NCBI GenBank assembly: GCA_951812945.1
Contig: CATOTB010000001.1
Coordinates: 393,976-457,975 of the forward strand
Direction: 5' to 3'
Length of the DNA stretch: 64,000 nucleotides
From: Candidatus Dadabacteria bacterium
GTDB lineage: Bacteria > Desulfobacterota_D > UBA1144 > Nemesobacterales > Nemesobacteraceae
Shown: positions 28,467 through 36,212 of the stretch, one piece after another
How positions within the stretch are numbered: the stretch's first letter is position 1
Layout of the letters: the number at the start of each line of letters is the position of its first letter
The notes under the pieces: model-generated
The model's input: only the letters and a program-made list of their open reading frames with translations
Database searches by the model: none
Told to the model about the DNA's origin: nothing
Position numbers and translations under genes: made by a program

Positions 28467-28790
28467 GGTGTACCTTTAAGCGAAACTGATCTCATCGCTC
28501 GTAGCGGACTGCCACGAATGAACCAAATTAAACCATTATACGTTTGCTGTTTCTTGTAACACTGTTAATGCAATCATGTCATTGTACAAAATCAAAACGT
28601 TAAAATCATACATGCCTATGACCTTGATGCTAATGGCGTGAGACGAACATTTACCGGACCACTTAATATCCGATGTGTATGATTCTGCTTTAGCCACGAG
28701 ATATCGTCACGAATGAGAGAATGCGCCAACTGCTTTTTGATAAATCTCCCCATATATGTATATTGAAGCGGAGGAGAATTTTCATTCCAG

Positions 28791-29423
28791 ATGCCTTCAC
28801 TTGAAGAACTTGTCTCGGCCGACGAGACTGCCAGCGAGATAGCCCGCGCGAGCGAGATAGCCCGGGAAGAGTGGGAAAAGATAAGGATTTCCCTGGCTCT
28901 TTGCGGGGATACGGGAGATTTCCGCGGGGATGATTTCATGCTCGGGACAATTTCAGGAGAAACGATAACGCGCGAGCCGCTTGAAAGTCCGACAAAATCC
29001 GTTTCGTTTTACTCCCCCACTTATTATCCGATGTATCTAGTGAAAAACCTGCGCGAGTTCCGGGAGAAGTTCCCGGAGAAAAACTACCGCACGACTGAGG
29101 CTCTCTACGTTTACGTCGAGCTTGTGAACGCGGCCGCGCTGAGACTTGGCCTTGAGGGGATGCTGGCGATGGGTTTTGCCAGCGGCTACGCGAACATCAG
29201 AACGGGCTGGATAGCGGAGAAGGGACTTCCGGAGCAAAGCGCCATATTCTCCGAAATGTTTTTCTCCGATAGGCCGAAGAAATACGACTGGGATTTTCAC
29301 TGGACCTCGGTCAGGCAAAAATTCGGGGAAATATACGAAAAATTTGTTGCCTGGCAGGACTCCCCCGCCCTCTATCTTGACGAGTCGAAGTCCAAGGCGA
29401 TCGTAAAGCCCTTCATAGTCTAG
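28791..29423 (+). CDS. Hypothetical protein
   Basis: 210-aa ORF with a GGAGGAG RBS. It contains an 18-bp in-frame tandem duplication (SEIARA-SEIARE). Confidence 0.4.
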   Translation: MPSLEELVSADETASEIARASEIAREEWEKIRISLALCGDTGDFRGDDFMLGTISGETITREPLESPTKSVSFYSPTYYPMYLVKNLREFREKFPEKNYRTTEALYVYVELVNAAALRLGLEGMLAMGFASGYANIRTGWIAEKGLPEQSAIFSEMFFSDRPKKYDWDFHWTSVRQKFGEIYEKFVAWQDSPALYLDESKSKAIVKPFIV

Positions 29424-30775
29424 GCGAATCCCTCTTCGAATTCGTCGGAAGGGTTCTCGAAGCTCGGAACCCCGTTTTGCTCCAGAAACACCAGTTTCAC
29501 CGTGCCCGTGGGGCCGTTTCTCTGCTTCCCGATTATAAGTTCCGCCATGCCGTCTTTTTCCTCGGGATTTTTCCTGTATATGTCCTGGCGGTGAATGAAA
29601 AGCACGACGTCTGCGTCCTGCTCTATGGCGCCGCTTTCCCTCAGATCCGAGAGCTGGGGGCGGCGGTCGGTTCTGGTCTCGGTCTGGCGGCTCAGCTGCG
29701 AGATCCCTATTACCGGCACGTCGAGTTCCTTGGCGAGCGCCTTGAGCGCGCCCGAGATTTCAGCTATCTCCCTTTCCCGGGTGTCATTTCTCGAACTGCC
29801 TTTCATAAGCTGCAGGTAGTCGACCACGATCAGATCAAGGCGGTTGTCCTTTTTTAGCCGCCTGGCCTTGGCCCTTATCTCGAGTACCGTTAACGCCGGG
29901 GTGTCGTCTATGAATATGTTCGCGTTTGCGTATCTTTCGGCCGAATCAAACAGTCTCTGAAGGTCATCATCCCTTATATACCCGCTTCTCATCGCCGAAA
30001 AACTGACTTTCGAGCTTATGGAGAGGAGCCTGAGCATGAGCTGCTCCTTGGTCATCTCAAGGGAGAACATGGCGACTGAGAGGTCTTCGTTCACCGCGGC
30101 GTTGCTTATTATGTTGAGGCTAAGCGACGTTTTTCCGGCGCCCGGGCGCGCGGCGATTATGACGAGATCTGATTTCTGAAGGCCCGACGTTAGGTGGTCG
30201 AGTCTTTCAAAGCCGGTTCTTATGCCGGTTATGAGCTCTTTTTTCTCGTGGAGCCGCTCGATATTCTCTAATGCCACCGGCGCAAGATCCCTTGAGTGCC
30301 AGAAGCTTGGCTTTATCTTGTTCTGAGCGATATCGAGAATCGACTGCTCCGCCCTGTCTATAAACTCGTCGACCTCGATGTCGGGTCCGTACCCGCGGTG
30401 CGCTATGTCGGTTGCGGTGAGCACCAGTTTTCTCAGGACTGACTTGTCTTTGACTATCCTGGCGTAATAAGCGACGTTTTCCGCTGTGGGAACGGTCGAG
30501 ACGAGGTAGGTGAGGTAGGCGGCTCCCCCGATTTCCTCTATGATTCTCTTCGAACTCATCCACTCATACAGGGTAAGAACGTCGATAGCGTTGCCTTCCC
30601 TGTCAAGGTCTATCATGCAGCTCATTATCTTGGAGTGGTTCTCGTTGTAGAAGTCCTCGGCTATCAGGATTTCAAGAACCTGGTTTATCGAGCTGTTTTC
30701 AATGAGTATGGAGCCCAGTACCGCGCGTTCCGCTTCCTCGTTGCTCGGAAGAGGGGACCTAGTCAGATTTTCCAT
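29420..30775 (-). CDS. dnaB: Replicative DNA helicase DnaB
   Basis: N-terminal AERAVLGSIL; Walker A GARPGAGKTS; Walker B LIVVDYLQLM. Confidence 0.9.
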   Translation of the reverse strand: MENLTRSPLPSNEEAERAVLGSILIENSSINQVLEILIAEDFYNENHSKIMSCMIDLDREGNAIDVLTLYEWMSSKRIIEEIGGAAYLTYLVSTVPTAENVAYYARIVKDKSVLRKLVLTATDIAHRGYGPDIEVDEFIDRAEQSILDIAQNKIKPSFWHSRDLAPVALENIERLHEKKELITGIRTGFERLDHLTSGLQKSDLVIIAARPGAGKTSLSLNIISNAAVNEDLSVAMFSLEMTKEQLMLRLLSISSKVSFSAMRSGYIRDDDLQRLFDSAERYANANIFIDDTPALTVLEIRAKARRLKKDNRLDLIVVDYLQLMKGSSRNDTREREIAEISGALKALAKELDVPVIGISQLSRQTETRTDRRPQLSDLRESGAIEQDADVVLFIHRQDIYRKNPEEKDGMAELIIGKQRNGPTGTVKLVFLEQNGVPSFENPSDEFEEGFA

Positions 30776-30815
30776 CGTTTGAGGTTACCTTATGTTCCGC
30801 CTGTCCGATGGTTTT

Positions 30816-32144
30816 TCATTCCTCTATCAGAACCACTCCCACGTCCATGACGTTTGTCCCTGTGCTTCCGGTTTTTATAAGATCTCCAAGGGTTTCAAAA
30901 AAAGAATATGAATCATTGTTGGCGAGATGGTCTCTTGCGCTTATGCCCATCGATCTCGCTACCAGCCGTGACTGTCCGTCGCATATTGCCCCGGCGGCGT
31001 CTGTGGGACCGTCTATTCCGTCGGTTCCGGCGAAAAGCCCCACGATTCCCTCGCTTCCTATTATCTCAAAGCAGAAGGAAAGAGCGGTTTCCGTGTTGCG
31101 CCCGCCGCGCCCCCTCCCCGTCACGTTCACGGTCGTTTCTCCCCCGAAAAGTATGCAGGCGGGTTTCTTAACGGGCCTTCCGAACCTTTTTATGTCAAAT
31201 GAGATTCCCGCGAGCACCTTGGCCACTTCCCTTGCCTCTCCCGATATCTGGGAGGAAAGGAAAAGCGTGTTGTACCCCATTTTTTTCGCCATCTTCTCCA
31301 TCGAGATTATGGCCTTGTGATTGTTTCCGACGACGACCGTGGTGGCTCCGCTGCGCTCGTACTGCTCACGGTCCATGGTTGGAGAGACGGTATTTTTTCT
31401 TCCCTTCTCAAGGTGCACCACCACCCTCGGAGGGATTTTATGCTCAAGTTCAAGCGCTTCTATGACTCGCCACGCGTCTTCGTGGGTGGTAGTGTCGGGA
31501 ACCGTGGGTCCCGAGGCTATGAATTCGAGCCGGTCGCCCACAACATCTGAAAGAATCAGGGTGATGACCTGTGAGGGAAGAGCCTTTTTAAGAAGCCCTC
31601 CTCCCTTTATCTGCGACATCTTCTTTCTCACGGTGTTAAGCCCGTAAGTGTCGACCCCGCTGAGCATTAGTCTCTGGGTCACCGCTCTTTTGTCCTCTAT
31701 GGTGAGTCCCTCGCTCGGCATCGCGAGTATCGAGCTTCCGCCTCCCGATATAAGGAAGATTACAAGGTCCCGCTCCCCAGATCTCTCGAGAAGCGAAACC
31801 GCTTCTTTTGCCGCCTCGACGCTTCTGTCATTTGGCACCGGGTGGGAGGAGAGATGAAAATTCATTTTCTGAAACACCTGCTCCGAACGGACGTTCGATA
31901 CCACTATTCCCTCGGTTATCCGCTCCCCGAGAAGCCCCTCAAGCGCCGCTGCCATGGCGGACGCGGCCTTCCCGAAGGCCACGACGTAGAGCGACTCGAA
32001 ATCGGAGAGATTGAAGCTTGCCCCTCCGACCTCGAGCCGCTTCCCCTTCAGTTCAAGGTGTTCCAGGACGCATTTCCCCGGATCAGCCTCCTTGAGCGCG
32101 TGATCAAAAAGTTCCCTTGCGTCTTTTTTCAGTTTTTCGTTCAT
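30816..32144 (-). CDS. Glycerate kinase (MOFRL family, glycerate 2-kinase / hydroxypyruvate reductase-like)
   Basis: LVIFLISGGGSSIL, GGETTV.VTG.GRGGRN.E.ALS, and DG.DGPTDAAGA are characteristic of the MOFRL family. Confidence 0.75.
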   Translation of the reverse strand: MNEKLKKDARELFDHALKEADPGKCVLEHLELKGKRLEVGGASFNLSDFESLYVVAFGKAASAMAAALEGLLGERITEGIVVSNVRSEQVFQKMNFHLSSHPVPNDRSVEAAKEAVSLLERSGERDLVIFLISGGGSSILAMPSEGLTIEDKRAVTQRLMLSGVDTYGLNTVRKKMSQIKGGGLLKKALPSQVITLILSDVVGDRLEFIASGPTVPDTTTHEDAWRVIEALELEHKIPPRVVVHLEKGRKNTVSPTMDREQYERSGATTVVVGNNHKAIISMEKMAKKMGYNTLFLSSQISGEAREVAKVLAGISFDIKRFGRPVKKPACILFGGETTVNVTGRGRGGRNTETALSFCFEIIGSEGIVGLFAGTDGIDGPTDAAGAICDGQSRLVARSMGISARDHLANNDSYSFFETLGDLIKTGSTGTNVMDVGVVLIEE

Positions 32145-32617
32145 CCGCTTTTCTTGATCTCTTCAACTATTTTGTCAACTGCAGACTCAGTAAGATTTTC
32201 GTAAAGAGTGTCGTCTACGAGCATGGCGGGAGCTGTTCCGCAGGAGGCGAGACATTCCGCTTCGAGAAGGGTTATTTTCCCGTCGGCCGTCGTTCCCCCT
32301 GTTTTTACCCCAAGGCGGTCACAGAGATGGTGCTCCAGACCCTCGGCTCCGCGAAGCGCGCAGGACAGGGTCCTGCAGAGCCACATGACGTGAGTTCCCA
32401 CGGGTTCTGTGAAGAACATAGTGTAAAACGACGCGACATTCTGAACCGAAGAGGCCGGAATATCGAGCGTTTCGGCGACTTCCTCCATGGATTCGGTGGA
32501 AAGCCAGCCGAATTCGTTCTGCACTTCCCGCAGGACGGGAATAAGCGCCGAAAGCCTGGTTTCGTGGTCGTCCGCTATTTCTTGTATTTTATCTCTGAGC
32601 TTGGGGGGAAAAGGCAC
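32141..32617 (-). CDS. NuoE-like thioredoxin-fold [2Fe-2S] ferredoxin (NADH dehydrogenase 24 kDa subunit family), orphan
   Basis: C-x4-C ... C-x3-C (CRTLSC ... ECLASC) with the surrounding NuoE fold. The stop overlaps the glycerate kinase start. Confidence 0.65.
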   Translation of the reverse strand: MPFPPKLRDKIQEIADDHETRLSALIPVLREVQNEFGWLSTESMEEVAETLDIPASSVQNVASFYTMFFTEPVGTHVMWLCRTLSCALRGAEGLEHHLCDRLGVKTGGTTADGKITLLEAECLASCGTAPAMLVDDTLYENLTESAVDKIVEEIKKSG

Positions 32618-32795
32618 TCCGAACCTCCTCGCAGCTTAAAACCGGAAATTAAAAACTAACATGATTTGCCGCTACGGGCAAGGTAGGCAGGTGGCTTGAC
32701 GGATAGCAAATCCATGTTCTGGACGAAAATCGAATCGTTGTGTCAGCTACAGGTGTCCGGAACCATCATCGTTGCCCTAAGGCCCGGAATCCCCA

Positions 32796-34685
32796 TTATA
32801 GATCAGTTCGATCCAGATAGCGAATATCCCAGAGCCCGTACAACGTGGGAGTTATGTTGCCAAAGACGTTTCGGACGGCACTCAGCCGTTCGGGACGTGT
32901 CATGTAGATAAGCGGTACGTTCTCGGCCGCGATTTCCTGAGCGCGATGGTAGAGCGCTACGCGCGCGCTGCGATCCAGCTCCTGGCTAGCTCTCACGTAA
33001 AGGTCGTCAATTTCGGCTTCCCAGTCCGTCGCCGGCTGTGATTGCTTCGGATGCCAAAGGTGTAAGCCCGCGCTGCTGTGCCATAAAGCAATGCCGCTGT
33101 GCGGGTCCGCTTCGCCAGTGAAGCCGATCACAATGGCTTCCCAGTCATAGGACTCGGTCAACTGGAGCTCGATGTCTCCAAACTGAATCGGTTCGTGATC
33201 CGCCCTGACGCCAATGTCCCCAAGACCCCGCTTGATAATCATGCCTATCCTTTCACTTACGCTGCTCTGGGCCGGAGTTGCCAGTGAGAACGCAATCGGA
33301 TTGTCCGCATCGTCTTCGCGAATCTTGTCCCCGTCGGTATCCATCCAGCCGAGACTATCGAGAATGCGGTTGGCTTCTGCGATGTCGTACTCGTACCGTC
33401 GCACGTCGGGATTGTGGAAGTCGCCCGCGGCCGGACTGATGGAGGACCACTGCGGGGAGCCGAGTCCGTGCTGTATGTCTCGGATGATCGCGTCTTTGTC
33501 AACGCTGTGTGCGACAGCCTGGCGGAACTGCTTGTTCTGGAACCACTTCAGCCTGTTCGGTGGAACGTAAGGCTCCCCCGTGTCCGGGTTTGCGCCGGGG
33601 TTCATGTTGAAGGTCAGAAAACTCGACCCGAAACCGGGACCTCTCTTGTAGATAGTAAAGTTTCCCTCCGCCTGCAGCGGTTCAAGTTCCGCGAACTCCT
33701 CGCCCAGCACGCCATGAATGTCTGTCTCCCCGGCCTTGAACTTGGCGAGTTCGGTCTCCAGGTCGGGAACGATAAGTTGAACGATTTTCTCTAGGTACGG
33801 CAGGCTGCGGCCCTCATCATCCTTGAGCCAGTAGCTCGGGTTGCGGCGCAGGACCACGCGGTCGCCCGAATTGTAGCGCTCGATGGTAAAGGGGCCGGTA
33901 CCGACGACCTCGGTCGGGTCAGTATTAATGTCCCACACTTCGTTAAAAGTGCCGCTGTCCACATATTGTTCAAGGATATGCTTGGGATAGATCGGAGTAT
34001 CCATGGAGCGAAGAAAGGGGGCAAACGGCACCGGTAAAACGAACTGGACAGTATAGTCGTCGAGCGCCGTAACGGTCATCCTTGCTTCCGTCCAAGTGCC
34101 GGTAGCCTCGTCCAGAAACCGGAAGTTAAACTCCGCCCCGGCGGTCGCCTTGATCTCTTCGTTGTAAATAATGCGGTTGAAGGTGAAGTCCACGTCGTGC
34201 GCCGTAAAAGATGTTCCGTCGTGCCAAGTTACGTCCTTGCGCAGGGAGAAAGTCCATGTCAGACCGTCATCCGAATGCGTCCAGGACTCGGCCAGCACCG
34301 GCTCGACTTGGTCGTTCAGCCACGAGGTCTCGGTCAGGCCCTCGAAGAGATGTCCCAGAACATCCACCGACACTGCGTCCTCCGCAAGAGCGAGGTTCAG
34401 GGTAAGCGGTTCGGAGATGGTGGCAAGCGTTAGTGTTTTCTCGTCGGAACTACCGTCCAAACAGGCAAGCAGCGACAGCGCTGCAAAAACTGCAAGGGCA
34501 ACGAGAGAAACACCAACCCGGCTGCATGGCTTCCGCCATTGCCTTTGTGAGTAGGCCTTACAGCCCCTCCCAAGCTCACGATATCGAGAAGTGCCAGCGC
34601 CAATGCGATCCTTTGACTCTCTTTGGTGAAGCATATCCGTTGCTCCCATGTTCAAACTCCAGATCTTATGCTGACAGGAGACCAC
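32796..34685 (-). CDS. ABC transporter substrate-binding lipoprotein, family 5 (oligopeptide/dipeptide/nickel type), orphan
   Basis: Lipobox LSLLAC-LDGSS; about 560-aa mature domain typical of DppA/OppA-like SBPs. No adjacent permease or ATPase genes. The N-terminal start is uncertain; the annotated ORF has a 50-aa pre-signal extension. Confidence 0.65.
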   Translation of the reverse strand: MVSCQHKIWSLNMGATDMLHQRESKDRIGAGTSRYRELGRGCKAYSQRQWRKPCSRVGVSLVALAVFAALSLLACLDGSSDEKTLTLATISEPLTLNLALAEDAVSVDVLGHLFEGLTETSWLNDQVEPVLAESWTHSDDGLTWTFSLRKDVTWHDGTSFTAHDVDFTFNRIIYNEEIKATAGAEFNFRFLDEATGTWTEARMTVTALDDYTVQFVLPVPFAPFLRSMDTPIYPKHILEQYVDSGTFNEVWDINTDPTEVVGTGPFTIERYNSGDRVVLRRNPSYWLKDDEGRSLPYLEKIVQLIVPDLETELAKFKAGETDIHGVLGEEFAELEPLQAEGNFTIYKRGPGFGSSFLTFNMNPGANPDTGEPYVPPNRLKWFQNKQFRQAVAHSVDKDAIIRDIQHGLGSPQWSSISPAAGDFHNPDVRRYEYDIAEANRILDSLGWMDTDGDKIREDDADNPIAFSLATPAQSSVSERIGMIIKRGLGDIGVRADHEPIQFGDIELQLTESYDWEAIVIGFTGEADPHSGIALWHSSAGLHLWHPKQSQPATDWEAEIDDLYVRASQELDRSARVALYHRAQEIAAENVPLIYMTRPERLSAVRNVFGNITPTLYGLWDIRYLDRTDL

Positions 34686-34980
34686 TTTATAACATTATAT
34701 GCCCAGAGTATTCAAGATTGAAAAGAATCTATGATCAAACTGGATAAATGCATCAACTTTTAAGTAGAGCCGGATATGGTCCTAGTCGATATGGGACTCT
34801 CCAGTCAGTCTCAATAAACATTACGCGTTGCGTTATATTCGTCAAGTAGGTTATAGGCGACCCGAAGGAATCCTACTTGCTGGTTTGTTTCCTTCATCGA
34901 GATTATGGACCAGCGCGTTGCCTTTAGCAAATGATTAAGTCGCAATTGAAGCTCCCACGAAGGCGGTTAGAATTTTCCAC

Positions 34981-35556
34981 GTGTCGAAAAAAAGAATAAC
35001 CACAGTTTATACAGGCCTTGGGGATGACGGAAAAACCTCTCTTCTCGGCGGAAAGAGGGTGAGAAAATCGTCCCTTAGGGTGGGGGCGTACGGCGAGGTG
35101 GACGAGCTTAACTCGGTTCTGGGAGTTGCCTGCGTGAAAACAAGCGACCCGAGAGTTAAGGAGCTTCTGCGGGGAATACAGAACACACTTTTCACTGTGG
35201 GAAGCGATCTTGCGACACCGCAGGATTCAACTTTTTCCCCGCCGAGAGTCACCGCGCAGATGGCTGAAAAACTTGAGGAGCAGATAGACACATTTTTGCC
35301 CGAGGTCGGGGAGCTTCGGGAGTTCGTTTTGCCCGGAGGGTCTGAGGGTGCCGCTTACCTTCATCTCGCCCGCGCGGTCTGCAGAAGGGCCGAGAGAAGC
35401 GTTGAGGCGCTTTTCGAGGGATCAGAGGAGGGAAGAGAGATTCTGGTTTATCTTAACCGCCTCTCGGATCTTCTTTTCGTCCTTGCCAGGGTTGAGAATA
35501 AAATCACGGGGACCGGGGAGATTTTCGTCGATTTCGGGCGGAGCGAGGACGGGTGA
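34981..35556 (+). CDS. ATP:cob(I)alamin adenosyltransferase, PduO/MMAB type
   Basis: TTVYTGLGDDGKTSL; overall PduO-type helix bundle length of about 190 aa. Confidence 0.75.
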   Translation: MSKKRITTVYTGLGDDGKTSLLGGKRVRKSSLRVGAYGEVDELNSVLGVACVKTSDPRVKELLRGIQNTLFTVGSDLATPQDSTFSPPRVTAQMAEKLEEQIDTFLPEVGELREFVLPGGSEGAAYLHLARAVCRRAERSVEALFEGSEEGREILVYLNRLSDLLFVLARVENKITGTGEIFVDFGRSEDG

Positions 35557-36194
35557 TGGACGAAGGCGCAACCATAACAAACCCCGAGATTGAGAACTAC
35601 ATCCGCTCTCTTTACCCCCGAGTCCACGAGGTTTTCTATGAAATGGAGAAGCGGGCTGAGGGAAGCGACGTCAAAATAGTGGGACCCATTGTGGGGAGGT
35701 TCCTTTCCCAGATATGCCTTCTGCAAAAACCGCAGAGTATTTTTGAGATGGGTTCCGGGTTCGGTTACTCGGCCCTCTGGTTCTCGCTTTCTCTGGGTGG
35801 TGAAGACGTGATAACCTGCACGGACTGGCTTGAAGAAAACGGGGAGGCTGCGCGCGATTACTTCAAGCGGGCCGGGCAGATTCGCAAGCTCCGCTTTGTC
35901 TGCGGAGACGCTCTCGATATACTGGCGAATTCGGACCGTAAATTTGATATGATATTCAATGATATAGACAAGGAGAACTACCCGCAGGTTATCGAGCTTG
36001 CGCGCGAGAAGCTTAATCCCGGGGGTATGCTCATTACCGATAACGTGCTCTGGGGAGGAAGGGTTTTAGGGGGCGCGGGTTCTGAGAGTACCGAGGGGGT
36101 TTTGGAGTTTAACCGGCTTTTGTTTTCGGACCCGGGGTTTTTCTCCACGGTGGTTCCCCTTCGCGACGGGGTGGCGCTCAGCGTCAGGATTTGA
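35553..36194 (+). CDS. Class I SAM-dependent O-methyltransferase (caffeoyl-CoA OMT/YrrM-like)
   Basis: IFEMGSGFGYSALW (motif I) and FDMIFNDIDKENY. Confidence 0.7.
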   Translation: MMDEGATITNPEIENYIRSLYPRVHEVFYEMEKRAEGSDVKIVGPIVGRFLSQICLLQKPQSIFEMGSGFGYSALWFSLSLGGEDVITCTDWLEENGEAARDYFKRAGQIRKLRFVCGDALDILANSDRKFDMIFNDIDKENYPQVIELAREKLNPGGMLITDNVLWGGRVLGGAGSESTEGVLEFNRLLFSDPGFFSTVVPLRDGVALSVRI

Positions 36195-36212
36195 CGGATA
36201 TTTTGTTTCCCA

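Noticed and set aside
34686-34980. Possible cobalamin riboswitch upstream of the cob(I)alamin adenosyltransferase
   Set aside because: No B12-box (AGYCMGGAGACCKGCC-like) and no GCCACTG core could be found in the 295-bp spacer. PduO-type adenosyltransferases are not usually riboswitch-controlled.
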